From Bacillota bacterium (GTDB lineage Bacteria; Bacillota; DTU025): a DNA stretch of 64,000 nt. Positions within the stretch are counted from its first letter, which is position 1; each line of letters begins with the position of its first letter. The stretch is from the NCBI GenBank assembly GCA_028709305.1, contig JAQVXE010000002.1, forward strand, positions 4,097-68,096. Reading direction: 5' to 3'. The translations under genes and the position numbers were made by a program. The notes below the pieces were generated by a model that did no database searches, was not told where the DNA came from, and saw only the letters and a program-made list of their open reading frames with translations. This document shows, one piece after another, positions 18,890-27,635 of the stretch.

Positions 18890-19291
18890 TTATCTAGGTT
18901 TGTATTCTTCATTTTCGCGGTTACTCCTGTGTATGGAATGTAAGATTGCGCGACAAGTCGCAAGAAGTTCTTGCATAAATCCATGCTTCGGCGGGCTATA
19001 TTCTTCAAAGTCCGCACGTTCTTCAAGCGCCTTCAATCGGGCTTTGCGCCCCTTCCGATTGCCTTTTTCTTTCTCGGAGGCCACTGTTTGCTGGTCCAGC
19101 TCCAACATCAACTCATCCAGGGCTTCAGAGTCGACAATGCCGGACTTGACGATTATATCAGCAACAGCTTCTGCATTGCGCCTTGCCTTCAGGAAGCGAT
19201 GCCTTCCCTTGGCTGTTCTGCTTCTTCGGATCCAGTTTCGTCGCGTGAAAGAATGCCCATAGCCCTCAGCCATTGGAGCATTATCTATCAT
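18890..19291 (-). CDS. hypothetical basic/acidic protein with no recognised domain
   Basis: 133 aa, Arg/Lys-rich at the N-terminus and Glu-rich at the C-terminus. It lies in a locally low-GC patch. Two similar-length plus-strand ORFs overlap it, but their translations are low-complexity and look non-coding. Its ATG lies inside the operator-like repeats of the divergent toxin-antitoxin promoter. Confidence 0.35.
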   Translation of the reverse strand: MIDNAPMAEGYGHSFTRRNWIRRSRTAKGRHRFLKARRNAEAVADIIVKSGIVDSEALDELMLELDQQTVASEKEKGNRKGRKARLKALEERADFEEYSPPKHGFMQELLATCRAILHSIHRSNRENEEYKPR

Positions 19292-19342
19292 GTACTATCA
19301 TCTTTCATAAATATTGACACGCATGATACTAAATGATAGCAT
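19284..19342 (+). promoter_or_regulatory. candidate promoter (TTGACA-N17-TAGCAT) flanked by four ATGATAG-like operator repeats
   Basis: CTATCAT occurs twice at 19284-19301 (the reverse complement of ATGATAG). ATGATACT and ATGATAGC lie at 19323-19340. The -35 is at 19314-19319. The ATG of the HTH gene is at 19361. Confidence 0.4.
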
Positions 19343-19360
19343 TTCATGGGGTGATGAGAA

Positions 19361-19792
19361 ATGCATGACCGCGCCGACAGCAATAGTCTTATGACCGTGA
19401 ACGAAGTCGCCGAGTATCTCCGAGTGTCTACCTCCACCATATGGAGATGGTTGCGCGAAGGGAAACTGAACAGTATCAAGATTGGCAACAGCCGCCGGTT
19501 TCAAAGGGAAGACATAATGCGCATGGCGGGCGTCGAACCAAATTCTGTTGCGGAATCCGGCACGGAATATGGCAGCATCAGAGACTACGCTGCAGGAAGC
19601 AATGGTTCGATGCACAGTCGAATGCTCGTCCTCAATCAGCTGCGCCAGCGTCTCCAGGAATCTCGGCTCACAGACGACGAGCTTGCGGGCAAGGTAGAAC
19701 AGAACAATACTGAAGATCTCTACCCTGCAACTTGCGCATTGGCCGAAATCAGGCGCGAGAGATTGGATAGCCTGAGCAATGGAGGCGATTAG
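19361..19792 (+). CDS. excisionase-family (MerR-like) helix-turn-helix DNA-binding protein, putative antitoxin
   Basis: 143 aa. The N-terminal HTH LMTVNEVAEYLRVSTSTIWRWLREGKL is typical of the excisionase/XRE-type DNA-binding domain. The C-terminus is charged. A GGTGA ribosome-binding site precedes the start. The stop lies 3 nt before the PIN gene. Confidence 0.65.
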   Translation: MHDRADSNSLMTVNEVAEYLRVSTSTIWRWLREGKLNSIKIGNSRRFQREDIMRMAGVEPNSVAESGTEYGSIRDYAAGSNGSMHSRMLVLNQLRQRLQESRLTDDELAGKVEQNNTEDLYPATCALAEIRRERLDSLSNGGD

Positions 19793-19794
19793 CT

Positions 19795-20247
19795 ATGCGC
19801 CGAAGAACCAAGTTCGAAAGCTGCGTCTGTGTCGATGCAAGTCTTGTCGTCAAATGGCTTGTTGACGAACCCGATTCCCACAGAGCTCTGGCCCTTCTGG
19901 AAGAATGGATAGTCCAAGGCACGCGCTTGATAGCTCCCTCTCTACTCGATTATGAAGTCGGATCCGTGCTTAGGAAATTGGCGGCCCGGGGTGTTCTGCC
20001 CATTGATAGCGCGAGAGAACGGCTTCACCTATATGAAGCGCTCGATATTGAACTCTTGTCTCCACCCTTTCTTATCCGGCGCGCCTGGGAACTGTCAGTC
20101 AGCCATGGGCTGTACACCGTGTACGACGCGTCTTACGTAGCGTTGGCCGAGCTGACAGGAACAAGGCTTTATGCGTGTGATGGCGCGCTCGTAAGGGCTC
20201 TCGGAGGATCTACCGATATGATCATCAACCCACTCGATCAGGAATGA
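19795..20247 (+). CDS. vapC: PIN-domain ribonuclease, VapC-like toxin
   Basis: 150 aa with the PIN acidic quartet in place: D in VCVDASL, E in VDEPD, D in VYDASYVALAE, and D in YACDGAL. A GGAGG ribosome-binding site lies 7 nt upstream. Confidence 0.7.
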   Translation: MRRRTKFESCVCVDASLVVKWLVDEPDSHRALALLEEWIVQGTRLIAPSLLDYEVGSVLRKLAARGVLPIDSARERLHLYEALDIELLSPPFLIRRAWELSVSHGLYTVYDASYVALAELTGTRLYACDGALVRALGGSTDMIINPLDQE

Positions 20248-20299
20248 TCAGAATCGTCATCCGACGCCCTCTCGGCAACGCGTTATGCCATCCGTCTCC

Positions 20300-20329
20300 T
20301 TGACTTTCCATTCGCCCCCGGGATATAAT
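20300..20329 (+). promoter_or_regulatory. sigma-A type promoter TTGACT-N18-TATAAT for imuB-dnaE2
   Basis: The -35 is at 20300-20305 and the -10 at 20324-20329. Confidence 0.55.
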
Positions 20330-20337
20330 GAACCCAC

Positions 20338-20350
20338 CGAACATATGTTC
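20338..20350 (+). promoter_or_regulatory. LexA operator (Cheo box) CGAACATATGTTC
   Basis: A perfect GAAC-N4-GTTC palindrome matching the Gram-positive SOS-box consensus CGAACRNRYGTTYC. It lies 8 nt downstream of the -10 element. Confidence 0.7.
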
Positions 20351-20385
20351 TATAGCGTGATCATTAACCCGGAGGCGTATCGCCA

Positions 20386-21591
20386 ATGCGCTCTATCGCT
20401 TACATACATATCCCTTTTTTATATGCAACCGCACATGCCAAGCTCGACCCGTCCCTTGGCAGCAAACCCATCGCTGTTACGAAGAAGAATGCGGTTATAG
20501 GCGTGTCACCCCAGGCGCTGGCAGCAGGAGTAGCCCCTGGCACCACGCGAAGGCATGCAAGGCAGGCATGTCCCGAGATTGTATTCGCAAGCTATGACCC
20601 AGATTCATGTTTCAAGCTTGCCAACGGAATATGGGACATCTGCGCCGAGTATGCTCCATTGCTTGAACCCGTGGCGCCTGACAGTGCTTTCGCAGATTTC
20701 ACCGGGTGCGGCGCAGCCGGGGCTATTGCCGATGCCATAATGCGCAGAGTGGAAGACGAGGTAGGCGTCAGCGTATCCATAGGCCTTGCAGGCTCGCGAT
20801 TCGTAGCAAAAGCGGCAACGCCCACGATCTACGATGCGGGAACGTGCAGGTATATGCCACTAGAAGCCGAACAGCGCTTTCTTGATAAGCTCCCTGTGAG
20901 CGCTCTATGGCCTATTCCTCCTCAGGCCATAGCGCATCTTGAAAAGCTCGGTATAAAAACCCTGGCTCAACTGCGAAAGGTTCCACTGGCTGAACTCACT
21001 CTGCAGCTGGGCGAAGCAGGCCTCATGGCCCATCAGCTCAGCTGCGGGATAGATCGCTCACGGGTCCGAGCCGCATATCCCGAAGAATCCATAGAGTGCT
21101 CCATGTCGTTCGAGTCTCCCGTGCAAACCTGGCCCGACTTAGTCAAATGCATCGCGGTTTGCTCCTCCAAGATCGCCTCCGGGCTACGTGACTCTGGAAG
21201 AAGCGCATCATGGGTAGAAATCTCCCTGGAGTTTGCAGGCAGCCGCGACAGCGATGCCGCCGGCAATCGAAGCGCCGGCGGCAAATACAGTCGGCGCTCC
21301 TTTCGCACCCCTACTGATTCTGCATACCAGATCGCCCATGGGCTTGAGCGGATGGTCGAAGGCCGGGTTTCAGCACCCATTACAGTTATTAACGTGCACG
21401 TCGGCGGGCTTGTGGTTCCCGAAGAGGTGCAACTCTCCATCTTCGGTCCGTCCATGGCTGAGCTTGGAAAGGCCCAAATGGACCAGGCCCTCCAGTATGT
21501 GCGCGAACGATTCGGAGCAGAAAGCGTAATCACCGCGAACATGCTCATAGTATCAAGGCGTGATCGGATGCTTGCAGAGGCATTCCTGTAA
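20386..21591 (+). CDS. imuB: ImuB-like catalytically inactive Y-family DNA polymerase
   Basis: 401 aa with the Y-family palm/fingers/little-finger layout. The catalytic D-x-D of the first motif is replaced (IAYIHIPFLYA versus the canonical IxHVDMDxFFA). The second-motif glutamate is replaced (DSAFADF versus SIDEAFLD). A GGAGG ribosome-binding site precedes it. Confidence 0.7.
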   Translation: MRSIAYIHIPFLYATAHAKLDPSLGSKPIAVTKKNAVIGVSPQALAAGVAPGTTRRHARQACPEIVFASYDPDSCFKLANGIWDICAEYAPLLEPVAPDSAFADFTGCGAAGAIADAIMRRVEDEVGVSVSIGLAGSRFVAKAATPTIYDAGTCRYMPLEAEQRFLDKLPVSALWPIPPQAIAHLEKLGIKTLAQLRKVPLAELTLQLGEAGLMAHQLSCGIDRSRVRAAYPEESIECSMSFESPVQTWPDLVKCIAVCSSKIASGLRDSGRSASWVEISLEFAGSRDSDAAGNRSAGGKYSRRSFRTPTDSAYQIAHGLERMVEGRVSAPITVINVHVGGLVVPEEVQLSIFGPSMAELGKAQMDQALQYVRERFGAESVITANMLIVSRRDRMLAEAFL

Positions 21592-21701
21592 ATCCACGTA
21601 TGGCGTCGATTTTCGGCACGTCCAGTGCACGTCTACAGCCGACACCATATAGCCCACAGCTGACAACGATCCCCCGTCAACATTTCGGAGGTGGCGTTGC
21701 T

Positions 21702-21947
21702 ATGAGCAAACGCATTGGGGCGCATGTGCGCGTAATTGAGGCTCAAAGTGGTGCGCCGGCCCAGTTCTACTGGTCCAACAGGTGGAACCGGGTGGCCGGC
21801 ATAGTCGACTCCTGGCGTGAATCGGGAGAATGGTGGGACGGCGAAGAAGAAAAGAGCTACTACCTTGTCTCTTTGGCATCAGGCGGATGTTACGAGCTAT
21901 GCCGCGAAGCACCTGGCCAATGGGTGCTGTCGCGGGTGCTCGACTAG
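21702..21947 (+). CDS. small Trp-rich hypothetical protein inside the imuB-dnaE2 cassette
   Basis: 81 aa from the ATG at 21702, with GGAGGTG 8 nt upstream. Motifs FYWSNRWNRVAGIVDSWRESGEWWDGEEEKSYYLV and GGCYEL. The listed ORF begins upstream, but that start has no ribosome-binding site. Confidence 0.5.
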   Translation: MSKRIGAHVRVIEAQSGAPAQFYWSNRWNRVAGIVDSWRESGEWWDGEEEKSYYLVSLASGGCYELCREAPGQWVLSRVLD

Positions 21948-21996
21948 CCCCCCGCGATCGGGGCAGACCGCCGAGAAGATCATCACATCTTTGACT

Positions 21997-24900
21997 ATGG
22001 AGGCAACCCCTGTGAAACCCTTCGTCCATCTGCACGTTCATTCACAATACTCCTTTCTGGACGGAGCCGACACATGCAGCACGCTAGTGGCTCGCGCCGC
22101 AGAATGCGGCCTGCCTGCCATAGCCATAACCGACCATAACAACGTCAGCGCAGCGGTAGAGCTATCGAAAGCCGCTAGGGAATACGGGATAAAGCCTATA
22201 CATGGAGTCGAGGTTTCCATGTCAGACGGCTCGCATTTGACTCTTTTGGCCCAAAACCCCGAGGGTTACTCCAACATATGCCGCATGCTCACAGAGGCAC
22301 ACATGTCGTCCCCTCGCCGCCAGCCCTACGCCAACATGGAGGTCCTGGTCAGGCACGCTGAAGGTATAGTAGCCCTTTCGGGCTGCAACCGCCATGGCAA
22401 AATCCCAATGCTAGTTGCATCCGGCAGGTTCAACGAAGCCAAAGCCACGGCAGAAAACCTTGCCTCTATATTCGGCAAGGAGAACTTCCATATAGAACTT
22501 GAAAACCCCCTCACGCCCGGGGCAGCTTCCATCAATGCTGCCCTGGCAGAGCTTGCGCGAAAGATCGGAGTCGGGCCAGTTGCCACAAACAATGTCCACT
22601 ACGCCCGCAAATCTCGTTTCGAAATCCACGACGTCCTCACATGCGTGCGGACCCTCACCTCTCTGGATGACATCCACCCCGAACGCCGGATAAACGCGGA
22701 AAACTATCTGAAATCAGCTGATGAAATGTATGAACTCTTCGCCGGTTATCCTGAAGCATTGGCAAACACCAACGAGATCGCTGAAAAGTGCTCTCCCGGG
22801 CTCGAGCTCTCGCTCCGTCTTTTCCCGAAGTATCAGGCGCCGCAGGGCCTGTCATCAGCCCAATACCTCAGACGCCTCACACGGGAAGGCGCAATAGCCC
22901 GGTACGGAAAGATCACTTCTATGATCGAAAGCCGCCTAGGCCATGAGCTCGGCATAATTACCGCCCTCGGATTCGAAGACTACTTTCTCGCAGTGTGGGA
23001 TATCGCGCGGTGGGCCCGCTCGCAAGGAATCCGCTACGCAGGGCGCGGATCGGCGGCTGATTCTGCCGTAGCATACTGCCTCAAGCTCACGAACGTCGAC
23101 TCCATAGCCCGAGGTCTCCTCTTTGAAAGGTTTATGAGCCTGGAGCGCGCCCAAAAGCCCGATATCGACATCGACTTCGAGTCCGCAAGGCGCGATGATG
23201 TAGCTGATTACGTATATCGTAAATACGGCGATGGCCATGTAGCATCAGTCTGCACATTCAACACATTTCAGGCCCGATCGGCCGTACGCGACTTTGGCAA
23301 AGCCCTCGGGTTTCCCCCAGACGACATCGACAGTATCGCCAGGATCCTCCCCCACATTCCCGCCGACGCCGTGCGTAGCGCCCTCAAGCGCTATCCTGAG
23401 GCACGGGACGCGCAGATACCGGAGTGGAAGTACGAGCTCCTTTTTGAACTATGCGAATCGGTTGCAGGCTTCCCTCGGCACATCGGCACCCACCTGGGCG
23501 GCCTAGTGATTTCCGACCAACCGCTCACGTGCGTCACGCCACTTCAAATGTCGGCCAAGGGCATAGCCATCACACAGTTCGACAAGGACACCATCGAAGA
23601 CCTTGGCCTCATCAAGCTCGATCTGCTCTCCCTTCGCACTCTCTCCGCAGTTGAGCATGCTGTCGACATGGTTAGGACTTCTGACAAGGAGCACGCCGAT
23701 TTCGATTACAACGGCATTCCATTGGATGACGATGACACTTACGCGATGCTGAACAGAGGCGAAACCATCGGCGTATTCCAACTGGAAAGCCCCGCACAGC
23801 GCGCTCTTCAGACCCGCCTTGAGGCCGACAACATCGAGGACATAGTCGCCAGCGTCGCCCTTATCCGCCCAGGCCCCATCCAGGGTAACATGGTGGAGCC
23901 ATTCATCGCGCGCCGCAGCGGCTCTGAGGAGATCACTTACATCCACCCCAAGCTGGAACCGATCCTCAAGAAGACATATGGGGTAGTCCTCTACCAGGAG
24001 CAGGTGATCGAGATCGCCACAGTGATAGCCGGGTTCACCCCAGGCGAGGCCGACAGGCTACGCAAAGTCATGACCCATTTCCGCTCCATGCGGGAGATGG
24101 AAGATATAGGCCGCGACTTCGTGGCGAAAGCCGTTGCCAATGGGGTGGCGCCCGATATAGCTGAAACAATCTTCTCTTACATACTAGGTTACGCAGGCTA
24201 CGGATTCTGTGAGGCCCATGCCGCGGCTTTTGCCGACACTGCCTACAAAACCGCATACCTTGCGCGCCACTACCCCGCCCAATTCTACGCCGCGCTTCTA
24301 AGCACCCAGCCAATGGGCTTCTATCCCGCCCGAACCCTGCTGGTGGAAGCGAAGCGGCGCGGAGTAACTGCTCTTCCGCTTGACATAAACCGCAGCCAGG
24401 AAAAGTTTTCTGTGGAAGGCGAAGCCCTGCGTGTAGGGCTCATGCAGGTATCCGGCATCTCCTCCGACCTGGTCCGAGAGATTGTCAAGTCCCGCGAAGA
24501 TGATGGCCCGTTCAGATCGGCCCTGGATTTCCTATGCCGCATCAAGGCGAACAAGGGTGTCATCGAGAACCTGGTTCTGGCCGGAGCCTTCGACTCAACC
24601 GACCCGAACCGCAAAGCGCTCTTTTGGAACCTCGGCCGCCTTGCAGGAATCGCCGCCTCCCGTCGCGCGACCGTCGATGCCGGAAGAACTTACGGGCAGG
24701 CGAGCTTGCTCAATGCTGAAAGGCCATTTATTGACCCCAAGGCCTACATGGGCTATTCCAGTGAGAACCTCCCCGACTTCTCTGCATGGGAGAAGTTCAA
24801 GCATGAAACGTCGGTCCTTGGATTTTGCACTTCCCAGCATGCCATGGAGTTCTTCCGCCCGGTGCTTGCGCGCGGAGGGATTTGGGACTCGCGCAGGATT

Positions 24901-25182
24901 CCATCGGCAAAGCAAGGGCAGGTCGTGCGCGCGGCGGGTCTCGTAGTCCGCCCGCACAGGCCTCCAACGAAAAGCGGTAAAACCGTTGTCTTTCTCTCGC
25001 TTGAAGATGAGTATGGACTTACAGACGTTACAGTCTTCGACAATGTGTACCAGAAGCAGGGCACCGTAATATTCAACAACCCTGCCCTAATCGTAGTAGG
25101 AACGATATCGCGTCGCGGAGATGGGGTCTCAGTCATAGCCAAGTCCATAGAAAGCCTGGGGAAAAGGTCGAGCCGCAAGTAG
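21997..25182 (+). CDS. dnaE2: error-prone DNA polymerase III alpha-like subunit DnaE2 (ImuC)
   Basis: About 1060 aa with an N-terminal PHP domain (VHLHVHSQYSFLDGA), the Pol IIIa core, and a C-terminal OB fold. The probable start is the GTG at 22012 (GGAGG 8 nt upstream) or the ATG at 21997. The listed ORF's earlier N-terminus lacks any motif. Confidence 0.85.
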   Translation: MEATPVKPFVHLHVHSQYSFLDGADTCSTLVARAAECGLPAIAITDHNNVSAAVELSKAAREYGIKPIHGVEVSMSDGSHLTLLAQNPEGYSNICRMLTEAHMSSPRRQPYANMEVLVRHAEGIVALSGCNRHGKIPMLVASGRFNEAKATAENLASIFGKENFHIELENPLTPGAASINAALAELARKIGVGPVATNNVHYARKSRFEIHDVLTCVRTLTSLDDIHPERRINAENYLKSADEMYELFAGYPEALANTNEIAEKCSPGLELSLRLFPKYQAPQGLSSAQYLRRLTREGAIARYGKITSMIESRLGHELGIITALGFEDYFLAVWDIARWARSQGIRYAGRGSAADSAVAYCLKLTNVDSIARGLLFERFMSLERAQKPDIDIDFESARRDDVADYVYRKYGDGHVASVCTFNTFQARSAVRDFGKALGFPPDDIDSIARILPHIPADAVRSALKRYPEARDAQIPEWKYELLFELCESVAGFPRHIGTHLGGLVISDQPLTCVTPLQMSAKGIAITQFDKDTIEDLGLIKLDLLSLRTLSAVEHAVDMVRTSDKEHADFDYNGIPLDDDDTYAMLNRGETIGVFQLESPAQRALQTRLEADNIEDIVASVALIRPGPIQGNMVEPFIARRSGSEEITYIHPKLEPILKKTYGVVLYQEQVIEIATVIAGFTPGEADRLRKVMTHFRSMREMEDIGRDFVAKAVANGVAPDIAETIFSYILGYAGYGFCEAHAAAFADTAYKTAYLARHYPAQFYAALLSTQPMGFYPARTLLVEAKRRGVTALPLDINRSQEKFSVEGEALRVGLMQVSGISSDLVREIVKSREDDGPFRSALDFLCRIKANKGVIENLVLAGAFDSTDPNRKALFWNLGRLAGIAASRRATVDAGRTYGQASLLNAERPFIDPKAYMGYSSENLPDFSAWEKFKHETSVLGFCTSQHAMEFFRPVLARGGIWDSRRIPSAKQGQVVRAAGLVVRPHRPPTKSGKTVVFLSLEDEYGLTDVTVFDNVYQKQGTVIFNNPALIVVGTISRRGDGVSVIAKSIESLGKRSSRK

Positions 25183-25230
25183 GCACGCTCGTTAGAGCAT
25201 AGATCCCTTAGGTTCAAGGGCTTCCTCTGA

Positions 25231-25287
25231 GGCAGACTGCCTAACTTCTAGGCACTATCCGAAGGCAAATGCCTAATTCTTAGGCAC
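25231..25287. repeat. cluster of short palindromes in the convergent dnaE2/yigZ intergenic region
   Basis: The palindromes are GGCAGACTGCC, GCCTAACTTCTAGGC, GGCAAATGCC and GCCTAATTCTTAGGC. The direct repeat TTCT(T)AGGCAC occurs twice, 33 bp apart. Confidence 0.35.
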
Positions 25288-25566
25288 CTCCCCGATTTCC
25301 GATGCGTTAATGCCTTTTAATGGATGTGCAGAATGCATAAGCCACTTTCAAGTCCGGAGGGCAACAGAGCTGCGAACCTCAAAAGCTACAGATCCTCAAA
25401 ACGACACGACAGAGTCAAAGAGCCACAGGATCATAAACGGAATTTCGGGGAGCACGACCAGCTATGGATCACTCAATCTCCCGGGCTTCCAGGCAAGCAA
25501 CACACCTGCGGGTCGCACTCCGCACTACTAGCAAGCTATCCATTAGTCCCAGTCCCCAACGCTGCC

Positions 25567-26259
25567 CTATTCGCCCTCTCCCACCCCGTTCTCCTCGCCA
25601 GACCGCCCCTCACCCCCCTCAGCCTCTGCACCAACGAACCCCATAACCTCCTCCCCCATCTCGGGGTCGAAGTCGCCCGCGAGCAAATCCATCATCCTGG
25701 CCTCAAACAGATCCAGCTCAGCTGCGGGAATCATAGCCGTCATTGCAACCCGCTCCGCATATTCCACATCATCTATGTCATACCCGGCTTCGACTAGGTA
25801 ATTCTGGACTTTGCCCAAAGCCGCATAGTCTATGACGAAGCGTACTTTCCGCAAGAGCCTGACCCTTACGATGCCCGCTGCGTGCAGCCCGTCCCGGGCA
25901 ACGGAGGAATATGCTCTCACAAGCCCGCCTGCCCCCAAAAGAGTGCCCCCAAAGTAGCGTGTGACCACAACTGCGCAATACTTTACCCCCTCGCGCAGGA
26001 TAACCTCCAGCACAGGACGGCCAGCCGTTCCCGCGGGTTCGCCATCATCGCTGGAACGAACTATCTCATCATTCTCCCCGACGGCAAACGCATAGACATT
26101 GTGAGTGGCATCCCAAAACTCCTTGCGTATGGAATCTATGAAACTTCGCGCCGCATCCTCGCTCTCTACAGGGCGCGCGGTAGCAATGAACCTGCTCTTT
26201 TTGACAATGAGCTCCGATCGACCCTCATCCCGAAGGGTAAGATATTCACGTGCCATCAT
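25567..26259 (-). CDS. yigZ: YigZ/IMPACT family protein (UPF0029)
   Basis: About 230 aa from the tandem ATGs at 26259/26256, with a GAAGGAG ribosome-binding site. Motifs KSRFIA, DATHNVYAF and GEPAGTAG. The C-terminal domain has an acidic tail. Confidence 0.75.
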   Translation of the reverse strand: MMAREYLTLRDEGRSELIVKKSRFIATARPVESEDAARSFIDSIRKEFWDATHNVYAFAVGENDEIVRSSDDGEPAGTAGRPVLEVILREGVKYCAVVVTRYFGGTLLGAGGLVRAYSSVARDGLHAAGIVRVRLLRKVRFVIDYAALGKVQNYLVEAGYDIDDVEYAERVAMTAMIPAAELDLFEARMMDLLAGDFDPEMGEEVMGFVGAEAEGGEGRSGEENGVGEGE

Positions 26260-26358
26260 AATCACTCCTTCAACTATATAAAAGGGAATTGAGTCCGGCA
26301 GTAGAAGTAATGACTTGCAACCGGAGCTCATCAGAGCTTGAGGAGGCGAATTCTTCAG

Positions 26359-27606
26359 GTGCCTACAACAAGGTTATACTATGACGATCCTTATCTTAGT
26401 GATTTTGAATGCAACGTCCTGCGTTGCGAACCCTCCACTCGAAACTCCTCCCCCGCCCCTCTCTACGAGGCAGTCACTGACGTCACCGCATTCTATCCAA
26501 ACTCCGGCGGACAACCGTCAGATCGAGGAGTCTTGGCCGGCGCTGACGTCGTCGACGTCGTCGAGCGAGACGGAGAGATAATCCACCTCACAGTGGGATC
26601 AGTTCCGCTCGGCCCCGCAAGTGGCCGCGTGGATATCGAGCGCAGGTTCGATCACATGCAGCAACATACAGGCCAGCACATTCTCTCGGCGGCATTCGCC
26701 AGCCTGTTTGGTCTCGATACCGTAGGATTCCACCTCGGCGATGAAACGGCAACTATCGATCTTCCCGCGCTAGAGATCAGCCACGATCAAGCGGCTGCAG
26801 CTGAAAGGCTCGCGTGCGAGGTGGTCTTCCAGAATAGGCCTGTTACGGTCAAGTTCTGCAGGCCTACTGAATTAGATGAATCACAGCTCCGGAAATTGCC
26901 AGACAATGCGAACAGCATTCGCTTAGTCGATATCCGTAATTTCGACCTCAACGCTTGCTGCGGCACGCATGTGCGCGCCACCGGTGAAGTTGGGCTAATA
27001 AAGATAATCGGTACTGAACATGTTCGTAACGTCACCCGTGTCGAGTTCGTCTGCGGGCGAAGGGCCTTAGCCGACTACCGGTGGAAAAACGATGCAGTAC
27101 ACCTCGCCGCATCCAGGCTTTCAATTCACGGCAAAGAATTGCCGGAAGCGATGCTTCGCCTTCAGAACCAGATCCGCCAGGGGCGTCGCGGTCTCGAAGA
27201 GGCCTTGGATAGGCTCCGGGATTACGAGGCAGAGGAGATATACTCAACTGCTGTTCCTCTGAACCCGTCAGGCATAAAAGTCATCGCGCTCACAAGCCAA
27301 AAACAAGACATCGAAGCCGTGCAGGCAGTGGCCCAGAAGCTCTGTCACAAGCCAGGAGTCGTCGCTCTTTTTGGCTGTGCCGATGAGAAATCAGCCAATC
27401 TAGTCTTCGCCAAGTCAGATGATATTCCCCTCGACATGTCCGAACTTCTGCGTCAGGCTCTTCCCGCCATCGATGGAAAGGGCGGTGGCATGCCGGCTTA
27501 CGCACAGGGGGGCGGCAGCAACCCCGGCGGAATATCCGAAGCCTTGGCCTTGGCTGCAAATCTGGCAAAGGACGCTCTGCATAGGCTGGCGGTCCTGCCT
27601 CGGTAA
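26359..27606 (+). CDS. alaX: alanyl-tRNA editing protein AlaX-L (AlaRS editing domain plus DHHA1)
   Basis: About 415 aa from the GTG at 26359, with GAGGAGG upstream. N-terminal TRLYYDDPY; zinc motifs HTGQHIL and CCGTHV of the second additional domain (SAD); C-terminal DHHA1-like GKGGGMPAYAQGGG. Confidence 0.8.
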   Translation: MPTTRLYYDDPYLSDFECNVLRCEPSTRNSSPAPLYEAVTDVTAFYPNSGGQPSDRGVLAGADVVDVVERDGEIIHLTVGSVPLGPASGRVDIERRFDHMQQHTGQHILSAAFASLFGLDTVGFHLGDETATIDLPALEISHDQAAAAERLACEVVFQNRPVTVKFCRPTELDESQLRKLPDNANSIRLVDIRNFDLNACCGTHVRATGEVGLIKIIGTEHVRNVTRVEFVCGRRALADYRWKNDAVHLAASRLSIHGKELPEAMLRLQNQIRQGRRGLEEALDRLRDYEAEEIYSTAVPLNPSGIKVIALTSQKQDIEAVQAVAQKLCHKPGVVALFGCADEKSANLVFAKSDDIPLDMSELLRQALPAIDGKGGGMPAYAQGGGSNPGGISEALALAANLAKDALHRLAVLPR

Positions 27607-27635
27607 CCTCTGACAGTCGGTCAGGTCGGAACCAG

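Noticed and set aside
18849-19336. Two plus-strand ORFs (137 and 121 aa) overlapping the minus-strand 133-aa hypothetical.
   Set aside because: Both translations are Ser/Cys/Phe-rich low-complexity strings with no ribosome-binding site. The minus-strand frame is the only one with protein-like composition, though it is itself low confidence.
25340-25500. An RNase P RNA or SRP RNA like motif (AAGUCCGGAGGGCAACAGAGC ... CCCGGGCUUCC) in the dnaE2/yigZ intergenic region.
   Set aside because: The two halves could pair like a P4 helix, and the first resembles the SRP domain IV consensus. But the spacing is only about 140 nt, and the other conserved helices and loops cannot be found. It is too short and incomplete to call an ncRNA without a covariance-model search.
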